Both the position numbers and the translations under genes were made by a program. A DNA stretch of 64,000 bases from Patescibacteria group bacterium (GTDB lineage Bacteria; Patescibacteriota; Minisyncoccia; Phycocordibacterales; SIBU01), in contig JAZJZC010000004.1 of the NCBI GenBank assembly GCA_040390045.1, forward strand, positions 579-64,578, written 5' to 3'. The notes beneath the pieces were generated by a model. That model was not told the DNA's origin. It was given only the letters and a program-made list of their open reading frames with translations, and did no database searches. Below are positions 47,536 through 56,085 of the stretch, piece by piece (position 1 is the stretch's first letter; every line of letters starts with the position of its first letter).

Positions 47536-47922
47536 TTAGATACCAAACTCGGCGCGGTACTTTCGTTCTAATGCTTCCATTCTACTACCATGATCCATTC
47601 CTTTCAAATGAACTAAACCGTGGATAAGAAGAAATCCCAGAAAATTTTCGAATTCTCGGTCGAATTTTTTGGCTTCAATTTTTGATTCATCGAGATTGAT
47701 AAAAATTTCTCCTGAACTTTTTGAAAGAGGGAAGCTCAAGATGTCCGTGGCTTTATCGATTGAACGATAGATGCGATTTAACTTTCGGATTTCAGCTCGG
47801 GTTACAAATACGATACTTAAATCGTATGTTTCGCCAAGAACGGTATTTTTCATAGACGCAAAAGGCAAGCGCGGAAGCTTGCCTCTTGTCATGTTTGTAA
47901 TTGAAATGTCTTGGTTTTTCAC
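47536..47922 (-). CDS. ybeY: rRNA maturation endoribonuclease YbeY
   Basis: LNRIYR..DKATDILSF, GEIFI, IHGLVHLKGMDH. Confidence 0.95.
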   Translation of the reverse strand: MKNQDISITNMTRGKLPRLPFASMKNTVLGETYDLSIVFVTRAEIRKLNRIYRSIDKATDILSFPLSKSSGEIFINLDESKIEAKKFDREFENFLGFLLIHGLVHLKGMDHGSRMEALERKYRAEFGI

Positions 47923-47973
47923 TAGGGCTCAAGGGGTATTTTCCTATCTACCCACTACCATACTATCTACATA

Positions 47974-48210
47974 CTATCTGGTCTTTTCCTGCATTTTTCC
48001 GAGTTTAATAAGGAGATCAACCTCTTTACGTCGCACCAGTTTTTTTAAGGTCATTTTCTTTCGAGTTCCGACAGATTGATTGCGGTTTTTGTATCGAAGA
48101 GAACGAACACGAGGAAGTACGCCTGAGCCCTGGACGCGCTTAGTAAAGCGTCTGAGAACACCCATACTGTTTTCTGTTCCGGTTTTTGTGACTTCAACGT
48201 TGGTGGCCAT
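47974..48210 (-). CDS. rpsU: 30S ribosomal protein S21
   Basis: VEV....E....LRRFTKRVQGSG, highly basic, 78 aa. Confidence 0.75.
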   Translation of the reverse strand: MATNVEVTKTGTENSMGVLRRFTKRVQGSGVLPRVRSLRYKNRNQSVGTRKKMTLKKLVRRKEVDLLIKLGKMQEKTR

Positions 48211-48366
48211 GAAATAGTAGATTAGTAATTAGTAGATAGTTTGTAGACAAAATCCAAATTAGGATTGCAGTAGTCTACCAGAGGAATCTCAAAAACGCAA
48301 TGGTTAATTAACCCGTACTGACCGCTTTTTGTTTTTTCCTAAAGCTATCAGCTGAAAGCTGTAAGC

Positions 48367-49581
48367 TTACAGCTTCTTCAGGTACTTCGGCAGATGTTCG
48401 ATTTTAATGCTCTCCTGTGAGCGGTCGGTCATACAGCGCACAATCACCGTGTCCTCAAGCGCCTCCTTTTGTCCCATAATAAGAGTGTAGGGAATTCTCA
48501 TATTTTCGGCGGAACTCAATTGCGAGACAAGTTTATCACGCGAAATGCCATGATGCATTGGAATTTTGGCTTGCCGGAGGATTTCGATAATTTTGAGACT
48601 TTTTAATTTGGCTTCAAATCCAAGTTGAATAAAATAAATTTTTGGTCGCAGGAATTTCAAATTTTTCTGGACGTTTTTCTCTTTAAATGTCAGTCGAACG
48701 CCAACGCCTGGGACATCGCGCTTCATACCGATTTTCTTGGCGATACTGGCGTAGCGCACACCAACGGCAAGCGGTACACAAACTTCTTTACTTTCCGCAT
48801 CGTGAATTTCAAAAAGAGTTTGTGACGCGAAGGAGCGATTACCAACCAAAAAGTGATTTATCTCGTAGGGTATGTCGAGCATTTCCAAATATTCCAAAAC
48901 TTCCTTAAAATGTACGCGGCTCGGCTCGGACAAGAAGTTCATTATCTTTGGAGAACTTTCTTTTAGGATTCTGCACTTTTCATTTTTGCACGAAAGAAGA
49001 TCAAAGATATCTTTTTTCATCAGCTGGCGACAGTGGGCAGGGAGTTCGTCAATATTTTTTCGGTAGTAGGCAGTTAGTTCTCGCGCAAATCGTGCCACGG
49101 TATCTTTTTCTCCCATACTATTGATCTGGATGGACAAATTTTCGTACCCCTCTTCTTTGAGAATTTCCATCGTCGTTTTTATGAGTATGGCTTCCGCAAT
49201 ACTTTTTGCTGTACCCATAATTTCAAGTGAAACAACTCGTTCTTTCGCGCTACTTTTTTTGATGCCTTCTGGCAAAATTGGTTTTCCGAAATAGAGCATC
49301 AAAGGCTGTGGCAAATTTTGAAAATTTTTCTCGCCGTAAAGTCGCAGAAGTGCTACTCGTTCTAGAAGGCTGGTTTTGGTTGGTACATCGGGGACGTCTT
49401 TGTTTTTCGATTCAGAGTCCTGAAAACTTTTGGCTTTTTTTACATCTTCCTTTTTTATTTGAGGGACATCGAGAATAGTAAAGCCATAGTAGAGCGCTAC
49501 TTCAGCTGGCAAGTCCAAGTTTTTGAACAAACAGGGATCAACTTTTTTATTTTTCATTTTTACCTTTTCTTTTGTTGCCAT
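48367..49581 (-). CDS. divergent histidyl-tRNA synthetase-like protein
   Basis: INSMG, HFKEVLEYL..Y.IN..LV, GVRY, C-terminal anticodon-binding domain (QL..A..IPY..IMGQKE); motif 2 not recognisable. Confidence 0.8.
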   Translation of the reverse strand: MATKEKVKMKNKKVDPCLFKNLDLPAEVALYYGFTILDVPQIKKEDVKKAKSFQDSESKNKDVPDVPTKTSLLERVALLRLYGEKNFQNLPQPLMLYFGKPILPEGIKKSSAKERVVSLEIMGTAKSIAEAILIKTTMEILKEEGYENLSIQINSMGEKDTVARFARELTAYYRKNIDELPAHCRQLMKKDIFDLLSCKNEKCRILKESSPKIMNFLSEPSRVHFKEVLEYLEMLDIPYEINHFLVGNRSFASQTLFEIHDAESKEVCVPLAVGVRYASIAKKIGMKRDVPGVGVRLTFKEKNVQKNLKFLRPKIYFIQLGFEAKLKSLKIIEILRQAKIPMHHGISRDKLVSQLSSAENMRIPYTLIMGQKEALEDTVIVRCMTDRSQESIKIEHLPKYLKKL

Positions 49582-49613
49582 ACGATTTGTAAAAATTATT
49601 CTCAGAAAGGTAC

Positions 49614-50258
49614 CTAATGACTTTCTATTGTGTCAGCAAGATCGCCAGGGAAAATTGAAATCATGTTGAATGGGTAGAGTCGGAGAATCGGACGGCCAAC
49701 AATATTTTTCTCATCAAGTGGACCCCAGCCACGTGAGTCGTAACTGACTGGTCGGTTGTCTCCTAGTACAAAATAATGAGTGTCATCAAGCACGTAGGTT
49801 TTTTTAACTTCAGGTTTATTGTTTAGTATCGAAGTTTGGTCTAAAGTGAAGCCGTTCGGGTGCTCGGTGTTTTGTATCGTGATCGTCGTGCCCTCCATTG
49901 TGATCGTTTCTCCCGGCAAGCCGATAATTCTTTTGATCAAATATTTTTTTTCTTGGGGTTGACTGAAAATAATCACCTCGCCGCGTTTTGGTTTCTGAAA
50001 ATGGTAACTAATCTCATCAGCAATCAAGTATTGATTGTTCAAAAAGGTCGGATCCATCGAGGGTCCTGACACCAAAAACGGTTGAGCAACAAAAAATCTA
50101 ATTGGAAGAATGATGAGCGCGGTCAAAACTGCAAATTTTACGACATCGAGCCAAGATTCTTTTGGTTTGCCGGAAATATTTTCGTGCGCAGGAGAAGATT
50201 GAGAAGAAATTTTATTTTCAGGAACTTTTTCAAAAGTTTTTTCGTTCTCTTCGATCAT
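49614..50258 (-). CDS. lepB: signal peptidase I
   Basis: SGPSMDPT, LIKRIIGLPGE, LGDNR.VSYDSR. Confidence 0.95.
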   Translation of the reverse strand: MIEENEKTFEKVPENKISSQSSPAHENISGKPKESWLDVVKFAVLTALIILPIRFFVAQPFLVSGPSMDPTFLNNQYLIADEISYHFQKPKRGEVIIFSQPQEKKYLIKRIIGLPGETITMEGTTITIQNTEHPNGFTLDQTSILNNKPEVKKTYVLDDTHYFVLGDNRPVSYDSRGWGPLDEKNIVGRPILRLYPFNMISIFPGDLADTIESH

Positions 50259-50407
50259 GATGATTGAATTCTAGTACGTCTCATCGCTTGACACAAGAGT
50301 TTTTGTTGTGTTGTGACGCATTTTTTGCGAATTTTTAATTTTAAAATGTACAAACGTTGAAAAGTTTATCCCTAGAATAATTTATTCGACTACGGTATCA
50401 TGTAGCG

Positions 50408-51742
50408 ATGATTAAGAACGCTTTTTTCTCGCTCGTCGATCTTTTTTATAGTATTTGGCTTTTCGCTCTTGGCGTAATCGCTCTTCTCGTGACTCTTTTT
50501 GTGGGTTTCAGGATGTTTTCGCAGGTTGACCTGCGACCTTTTTACCCGGTTTTACATGCGGCCTACGTGTACGCTCCGCTTTGGTCGCCGATTTTGTTTG
50601 GTGTGCTTTTTTTTAAGTACTGGATGCGCTATATTCGCGCCGATTTTGTAAAAGCTTCCGGCTCGATACTTTTGGAAATTAAAATTCCAAAGGAAACTTT
50701 GAAATCGCCGCTCGCAATGGAGATTTTTTTCACTTCGCTGTACCAAACGGGCTCTGCCACTTTTTCCGAGTTGTACTGGAAGGGGAAAGTTCGCCCCTGG
50801 TTTTCGCTTGAGCTTGCGTCAATCGAGGGTCAGGTAAAATTTTTCATTTGGTCACACAAAAAATTTCGTAATTTGATCGAGGCACAACTGTACGCGCAAT
50901 ATCCGGCCATCGAAATTCACGAAGCTGAGGACTACATGGCCTGGGCGTATCCTGATCATATCAATTTGCCGATGTGGGCAACCTATTTTAAATTTACCAA
51001 GGAAAGTATTTATCCAATCAAGACTTACGTTGACTACGGGCTCGATAAAGATCCAAAAGAAGAATTCAAAATTGACCCCATGACCTCGGTTTTGGAATAT
51101 CTCGGGTCACTGCGAAAGGGCGAGCAGACATGGATCCAAATTATTATTCAGGCACATCGAAAACAAAATCTCAGAAATGACGCTCTTCTGTTTACGAAGC
51201 CCGATTGGAAACATCATGTCAAGCACGAAATTGAAAAAATCAGAAAAGAATCAATAACAAAAACCAAGGGCAGTGAATTTCCCGGAATGCCTAACCCAAC
51301 GAAAGGTCAGCAGAATACAATCGCTGCGCTTGAGCGAAGCGTTTCGAAGTACGCGTTTGAGGCTTGCATCAGAGGAATTTATATTTCTAAAAAAGAATCG
51401 TTTAATCCGATCAACATTACGGGACTCATCGGTAGTTTCCGGCAGTACAGTTCAAATGATGATGTCAACGGTTTTAAATTAGGTTGGTTTACCGACTTTG
51501 ATTTTCCCTGGCAAGATTTTCGCCGCATTCGCCGAACGCGCGCTGAACATGAAATGTTAGAAGCCATTAAATTGCGATCATTTTTCCAGCCGCCGTTTAA
51601 ACATTTCGAACAGTCGCCGATTATTCTCAACACCGAGGAGCTGGCAACGATTTTTCATTTTCCTGGAAGCGTCGCTGGCACTCCGGGTTTTGTGCGCCTA
51701 GCTTCCAAACGTGTCGAACCGCCTGGCAACTTGCCGATTTAA
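50408..51742 (+). CDS. conserved CPR-type hypothetical membrane protein
   Basis: LLEIKIPK, WFSLEL, YAQYP..EI.E..DY, YPIKTY, LNTEELATIFHFP. Confidence 0.8.
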   Translation: MIKNAFFSLVDLFYSIWLFALGVIALLVTLFVGFRMFSQVDLRPFYPVLHAAYVYAPLWSPILFGVLFFKYWMRYIRADFVKASGSILLEIKIPKETLKSPLAMEIFFTSLYQTGSATFSELYWKGKVRPWFSLELASIEGQVKFFIWSHKKFRNLIEAQLYAQYPAIEIHEAEDYMAWAYPDHINLPMWATYFKFTKESIYPIKTYVDYGLDKDPKEEFKIDPMTSVLEYLGSLRKGEQTWIQIIIQAHRKQNLRNDALLFTKPDWKHHVKHEIEKIRKESITKTKGSEFPGMPNPTKGQQNTIAALERSVSKYAFEACIRGIYISKKESFNPINITGLIGSFRQYSSNDDVNGFKLGWFTDFDFPWQDFRRIRRTRAEHEMLEAIKLRSFFQPPFKHFEQSPIILNTEELATIFHFPGSVAGTPGFVRLASKRVEPPGNLPI

Positions 51743-51757
51743 TCAGTTTCAATTTTC

Positions 51758-52765
51758 ATGGAACTCGACTTTCAAAATATTCGCCAACTTCTTGAGACGA
51801 GGCTTGAGCAGAGACGTCAAAATCGCAACGTTTGGTTTTTGGCAATTTTGGCCGTGCTGCTTTTTGTGACTTCTGTTTATTTTTTGTATATACAATCACC
51901 GACAAATTTCGTGACACCTGCAATCGTGAATGTGAAGGAAAATGCTAGCCTCAATGAAATTGCCCAGTCTCTCTATAGTCAGAAGGTTGTGAAGTCTGCA
52001 TTTGCCTTTCGCACAGGAGTAATTGCAAAGGCGGGGGAGAAAGGGGTTCACTCGGGAGATTATCTATTTAAGAATCCAGCAAATTTGTTTACGGTCATTT
52101 CGCGATTAACGAAAGGTGATTATCAATTGACACCAGTAAAAGTTTTATTTCCCGAAGGTGTCACCGTTTCGCAGATGTCCGTGATTTTGTCTGACAAGCT
52201 TATTGATTTTGATTCCGAAGCATTTATTAGGCTCGGCAAACCATTGGAAGGCTATCTTTTTCCTGACACCTATTTATTTTTACCGAATGCCAAGCCATTG
52301 GACGTTATCGACGTGCTTAAAGAAAATTTTGATAGCAAAATTAAAACCGTAGATGACTTGATTAAGAAATTTAAGAAGCCAGTTAAAGATGTGGTGATCA
52401 TGGCCTCGATTTTAGAAGCCGAAGCCCGTACTAAAGAAACGCGGCAAATTATTTCTGGCATTCTGTGGAAAAGATTGAGTCTTGGTATGCTGCTCCAGGT
52501 TGACGCACCATTCCAATACATCATTGGTAAAAATACATTTCAATTGACGACTGCTGATTTAAAATTCGATTCTCCATACAATACCTACAAATACAAAGGT
52601 TTGCCCCCAGGTCCGATTGGAAATCCCGGACTCGAGGCTATTATCGATGCTGTGACGCCGCAAAAAACTTCTTACTTTTATTACTTGTCTGATGTGCGCG
52701 GCAACATGCATTACGCAAAAACCTACGAGGAGCATTTGCTCAATAAAGAACGTTTTTTAAATTAG
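51758..52765 (+). CDS. mltG: endolytic transglycosylase MltG
   Basis: LEGYLFPDTY, MASILEAE, LQVDA, SPYNTY..GLPPGPI.NPG. Confidence 0.95.
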   Translation: MELDFQNIRQLLETRLEQRRQNRNVWFLAILAVLLFVTSVYFLYIQSPTNFVTPAIVNVKENASLNEIAQSLYSQKVVKSAFAFRTGVIAKAGEKGVHSGDYLFKNPANLFTVISRLTKGDYQLTPVKVLFPEGVTVSQMSVILSDKLIDFDSEAFIRLGKPLEGYLFPDTYLFLPNAKPLDVIDVLKENFDSKIKTVDDLIKKFKKPVKDVVIMASILEAEARTKETRQIISGILWKRLSLGMLLQVDAPFQYIIGKNTFQLTTADLKFDSPYNTYKYKGLPPGPIGNPGLEAIIDAVTPQKTSYFYYLSDVRGNMHYAKTYEEHLLNKERFLN

Positions 52766-52897
52766 CGTTCTTTAGAATTAAGAATTAGGAATTATGAATG
52801 AGGAAAATTTGTACGATATATCGTACAAATTTTAATTTTAAAAGGAAAAGAAAAAACCGAGCGGAAAGGCTCGGTTGGTGATAAATGGTGGCGACTA

Positions 52898-53104
52898 CTA
52901 TACGACATACCAATCACTTTTTATGCGCATCTCACAGTGTGGGCAATACCAAACCCTACACTGTACTGTTAAGCCGAAGTTTTCAGTCTTTGTTGTCTTG
53001 TCAATTCGTGACGGATATGCCCCATCCGGAACAATGTGTTTGCAGACCATTTGCAAATCACCGAGCGTCCTTGGTTTTTTGTTTTTCACAAACTCATCAT
53101 TCAC
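52898..53104 (-). CDS. small hypothetical protein with CxxC
   Basis: 68 aa, WYCPHCE; hairpin AACCGAGC/GCTCGGTT plus T-tract downstream on minus strand. Confidence 0.5.
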   Translation of the reverse strand: MNDEFVKNKKPRTLGDLQMVCKHIVPDGAYPSRIDKTTKTENFGLTVQCRVWYCPHCEMRIKSDWYVV

Positions 53105-53142
53105 ATTTGAGCGTTTCTAAAAAAGATGCTACATTCGGTGTC

Positions 53143-54342
53143 ATGACAAGTCAAGTTCTAAATTCTAAACCCTATACCCTAAACCCTAAAACCTTCGGAC
53201 GGGTTTTCGTCGGGCTTTCCGGCGGAGTGGATTCGTCCGTTTCTGCGGCACTGCTAAAAAAAGATGGGTTTGATGTGACCGGAGTTTTTATCCGTGTTTG
53301 GCAACCGGATTGGATTCTATGCACCTGGAAAGAAGACCGACTCGATGCTATGCGTGTCTGTGCCAAGCTCGGCATTCCATTTGTTGAATTAAATTTGGAG
53401 AAGGAATACAAAAAAGAAGTGGTTGACTACATGATTGCGGAATATAAAAAAGGCAACACACCGAATCCGGATGTGATGTGCAATCGCTATGTAAAGTTTG
53501 GGGGGTTTTATGAATTCGCGCGAAGTTCTGGCGCAGACTACGTCGCAACAGGCCACTATGCGCGGGTCATGGAACATGGAACATGGAACACAGAACATAA
53601 GACAGGGGATAGAAGACAGAAGAAAAAGACCGGCTCTTATGCTCCAGGCTCCATGCTTCATGTTGCGTGTGATGCCAACAAAGACCAGTCCTACTTCCTC
53701 TGGCAAATTCGCAAGGAGCAGTTGTCGCACATTTTATTTCCAGTCGGTGGATTGGAAAAACCAGAGGTTCGTCGATTAGCGAAAAAATTCGGTTTAATTA
53801 CTGCTGACAAAAAAGACAGCCAAGGACTTTGCTTCCTGGGCAAGATCGATATGAAAGATTTTTTGAAAAGATATATTTCAGAAAAAAAAGGAAAAGTCTT
53901 AAATGAAAGCGGAGAAATTATCGGGACACACTCTGGTGCAGTTTTTCTCACACTTGGAGAACGACACGGGTTCACGGTGAATGTGGAATCCGCCGCGGCG
54001 GACGGAACGAACGCTGAAAACAAGCTTCCATATTATGTGGTGAGTAAGGACATTAAAAAGAATACGATTATTGTTTCGAACAATCCTAAAAGTGAAATGA
54101 CTATTGGTTCAAAAAAAGTATTTGAAATTCGAGATACAAATTGGTTGGGAGAAGCGCCAACGATCGGTAAAAAATATTTAGCACGAATCCGCTATCGTCA
54201 ACCATTGCAGGAGGTTAGATTCAAGATTCATGATTCAAGATTCATGATTCACTTTGCGTCTTCGCAAAGTGGCGGGGCTCCCGGCCAGTCTATAGTTATA
54301 TATGACGGCGAAATTTGCCTCGGTGGGGGAGTTATTTGCTAA
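53143..54342 (+). CDS. mnmA: tRNA 2-thiouridylase MnmA
   Basis: SGGVDS, TPNPDVMCN, ATGHY, KDQSYFL, DSQGLCF, PGQS, CLGGG. Confidence 0.97.
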   Translation: MTSQVLNSKPYTLNPKTFGRVFVGLSGGVDSSVSAALLKKDGFDVTGVFIRVWQPDWILCTWKEDRLDAMRVCAKLGIPFVELNLEKEYKKEVVDYMIAEYKKGNTPNPDVMCNRYVKFGGFYEFARSSGADYVATGHYARVMEHGTWNTEHKTGDRRQKKKTGSYAPGSMLHVACDANKDQSYFLWQIRKEQLSHILFPVGGLEKPEVRRLAKKFGLITADKKDSQGLCFLGKIDMKDFLKRYISEKKGKVLNESGEIIGTHSGAVFLTLGERHGFTVNVESAAADGTNAENKLPYYVVSKDIKKNTIIVSNNPKSEMTIGSKKVFEIRDTNWLGEAPTIGKKYLARIRYRQPLQEVRFKIHDSRFMIHFASSQSGGAPGQSIVIYDGEICLGGGVIC

Positions 54343-54409
54343 ATTAGGTGTATTCCAGGTTTTCCACTGCTGGACTTGCAAAAGTTCTCACAATAAGAGA
54401 GTATTAAAT

Positions 54410-54900
54410 TTCATGCGGGCATGCATGACCAACGAGTGTTGGGGCGCCGCTCAGGCCCATCCCTTATGTCTTTCTGGGTGTTTCCCTGAGCGGCGCTATG
54501 CCTTTAAGTTTTTTGATTTCGCGGGGTAGGTGATTCCCCCGCATGGAGTGGGTGATGGTTGCCTGGGCAACCGGCGTCGTGCGAGGCGAGCCTCCAAACT
54601 GCGGTGGTAAAAATAACCTCGCACGACGCCCAATCACAAATTTTTTCGAGGAAAACAATTGCGCCCACCTCGTTTTGGGTGAGGACTCATGTGAGTCGCA
54701 CCCAGCACCGTGCAGGTCACACCTGGCCTACGCATGTGGGTTCAAACCTGCACGGTGCTAATCACTTTGTTCTTTGTACATCTTTCGCCGAAGGTTACTC
54801 TTTATTTCCTTTGCGCGAACGCCGTGCGGGAGAGCTCTCCCAATTCTCCTCGTTTGGGAGCAAGCCCTGCACGGCGACCAACTCTTTCTTTTGTTTTTTA
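54410..54900 (+). repeat. array of four structured units (116-131 nt period), candidate ncRNA array
   Basis: Stems 54444-54496, 54573-54630, 54704-54759, 54820-54876, consensus near GCRCCGTGCAGG..~30 nt..CCTGCACGGYGC, each followed by a T-rich tract. Confidence 0.75.
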
Positions 54901-55047
54901 CGTTCGACCGCATGCACCAGCTCGCGGTTTTCTTTTGCTTCGCGTTTTATGTTACGTGCTACATGTTCCCCGCCCGCCCGAACGGATTCAGGTGCGTTCG
55001 GGCGGGCATGTTCCGTGGTCTGTGGTCCGTGTGATATAATCTTTGCC

Positions 55048-55893
55048 ATGAGTCCCGAACAAATTTTCATCGTAAAAACCAACGGTAGTAAGGAACCTTT
55101 TCAAAATTCCAAACTCGAAGCTTCGCTTCGAAAGGCTGGCGCGTCAACTGAGGTTACCGATAAAATTGTTCATCACATTTCCAAAGAAATTGAAGATGGC
55201 ATGAGCACCTCGGCTATTTATCAGCATGCTTTTGAATTACTCCACAAATTAGAGCGTCCCGTCGTTGCGCGTTACTCATTAAAGAGAGCAATTGCCGAAC
55301 TCGGCCCATCTGGTTTTCCATTTGAAAAATTTATTTCTGAAGTCTACAAGGCGCAGGGCTTCGAAACGCTCACCGATCAAATGGTGGATGGACATTGTGT
55401 CAGTCATGAGGTTGATGTGGTAGCGTGGAATGAAAATAAATTAATTATGGCCGAAGCCAAATTTCATAATGAAATTGGGTTGAAATCGGATCTAAAAGTG
55501 GCGCTGTATGTTAAGGCTCGATATGAGGATTTGAAGGGTATGGAGTTTTTGTATGGCAAAAAACGTCAACTCGACGAAGGCATTTTGATAACCAATACTA
55601 ATTTTACCGAAAAGGCGATTCAATATTGTGAGTGTGCTGGAGTTAAGTTGATCGGTTGGAATTATCCTACCGCTGGAAATCTACACGATATGATTGAGGA
55701 TCACGGCTTGCATCCGATCACTTGTTTGACGACGCTTTCAAGCGGACAGAAAAAAAGTTTGATGGAGAAGGGGATTGTCCTGTGCAGAAATGTTCGAGAT
55801 GGACGAGAAGCGCTTTTGTCTGCTGGCTTGAGTGAGGCTTCGATTAAGGAAGCCCAAGATGAGAGTAATTTCCTGTGTCCCGTGACTATGTAA
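55048..55893 (+). CDS. ATP-cone + PD-(D/E)xK (Mrr-like) restriction endonuclease domain protein
   Basis: IVKTNG.KEPF..KL..SL ATP cone, GPSGFPFE, HEVDVVA..EAKFH, ITNT.FT..A; TGATATAAT 7 nt before ATG. Confidence 0.85.
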   Translation: MSPEQIFIVKTNGSKEPFQNSKLEASLRKAGASTEVTDKIVHHISKEIEDGMSTSAIYQHAFELLHKLERPVVARYSLKRAIAELGPSGFPFEKFISEVYKAQGFETLTDQMVDGHCVSHEVDVVAWNENKLIMAEAKFHNEIGLKSDLKVALYVKARYEDLKGMEFLYGKKRQLDEGILITNTNFTEKAIQYCECAGVKLIGWNYPTAGNLHDMIEDHGLHPITCLTTLSSGQKKSLMEKGIVLCRNVRDGREALLSAGLSEASIKEAQDESNFLCPVTM

Positions 55894-56085
55894 TGAAATA
55901 TGATGAAAGATTTTTTAAAAAAAAATGAAAAGGCGGTTTCAGTGGCAATCATTAGTTTTGCGGTTGGGTTCGGTTTTTCTCTTGTTTTGATGAAGGTGTA
56001 TGCACACAGTGAAATTATCGGCAATTTTTGCGCGAGAACGGCAGAGCAGGCGCAGGCGTATTTTAACTCTCTTTAGTAAATTACA

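Noticed and set aside
52885-53142. Upstream extensions of mnmA (likewise alaS 61167, nrdJ 13077, pgsA-like 1512 and ftsB-like 25612)
   Set aside because: Longest-ORF artefacts; recognisable protein sequence and start signals begin at the later ATGs.
54410-54900. CRISPR, TIGR or integron attC interpretation of the array
   Set aside because: No identical direct repeats with a 60-75 nt period, no ~36-nt box C/D-type units, no RYYYAAC/GTTRRRY ends, and no cas, Nop-domain or integrase gene in the window.
54559-55047. N-terminal extension of the nuclease ORF and overlapping ORFs at 54302-55082
   Set aside because: The translations lack protein-like motifs; the ATP cone begins at ATG 55048 just after an extended -10 box.
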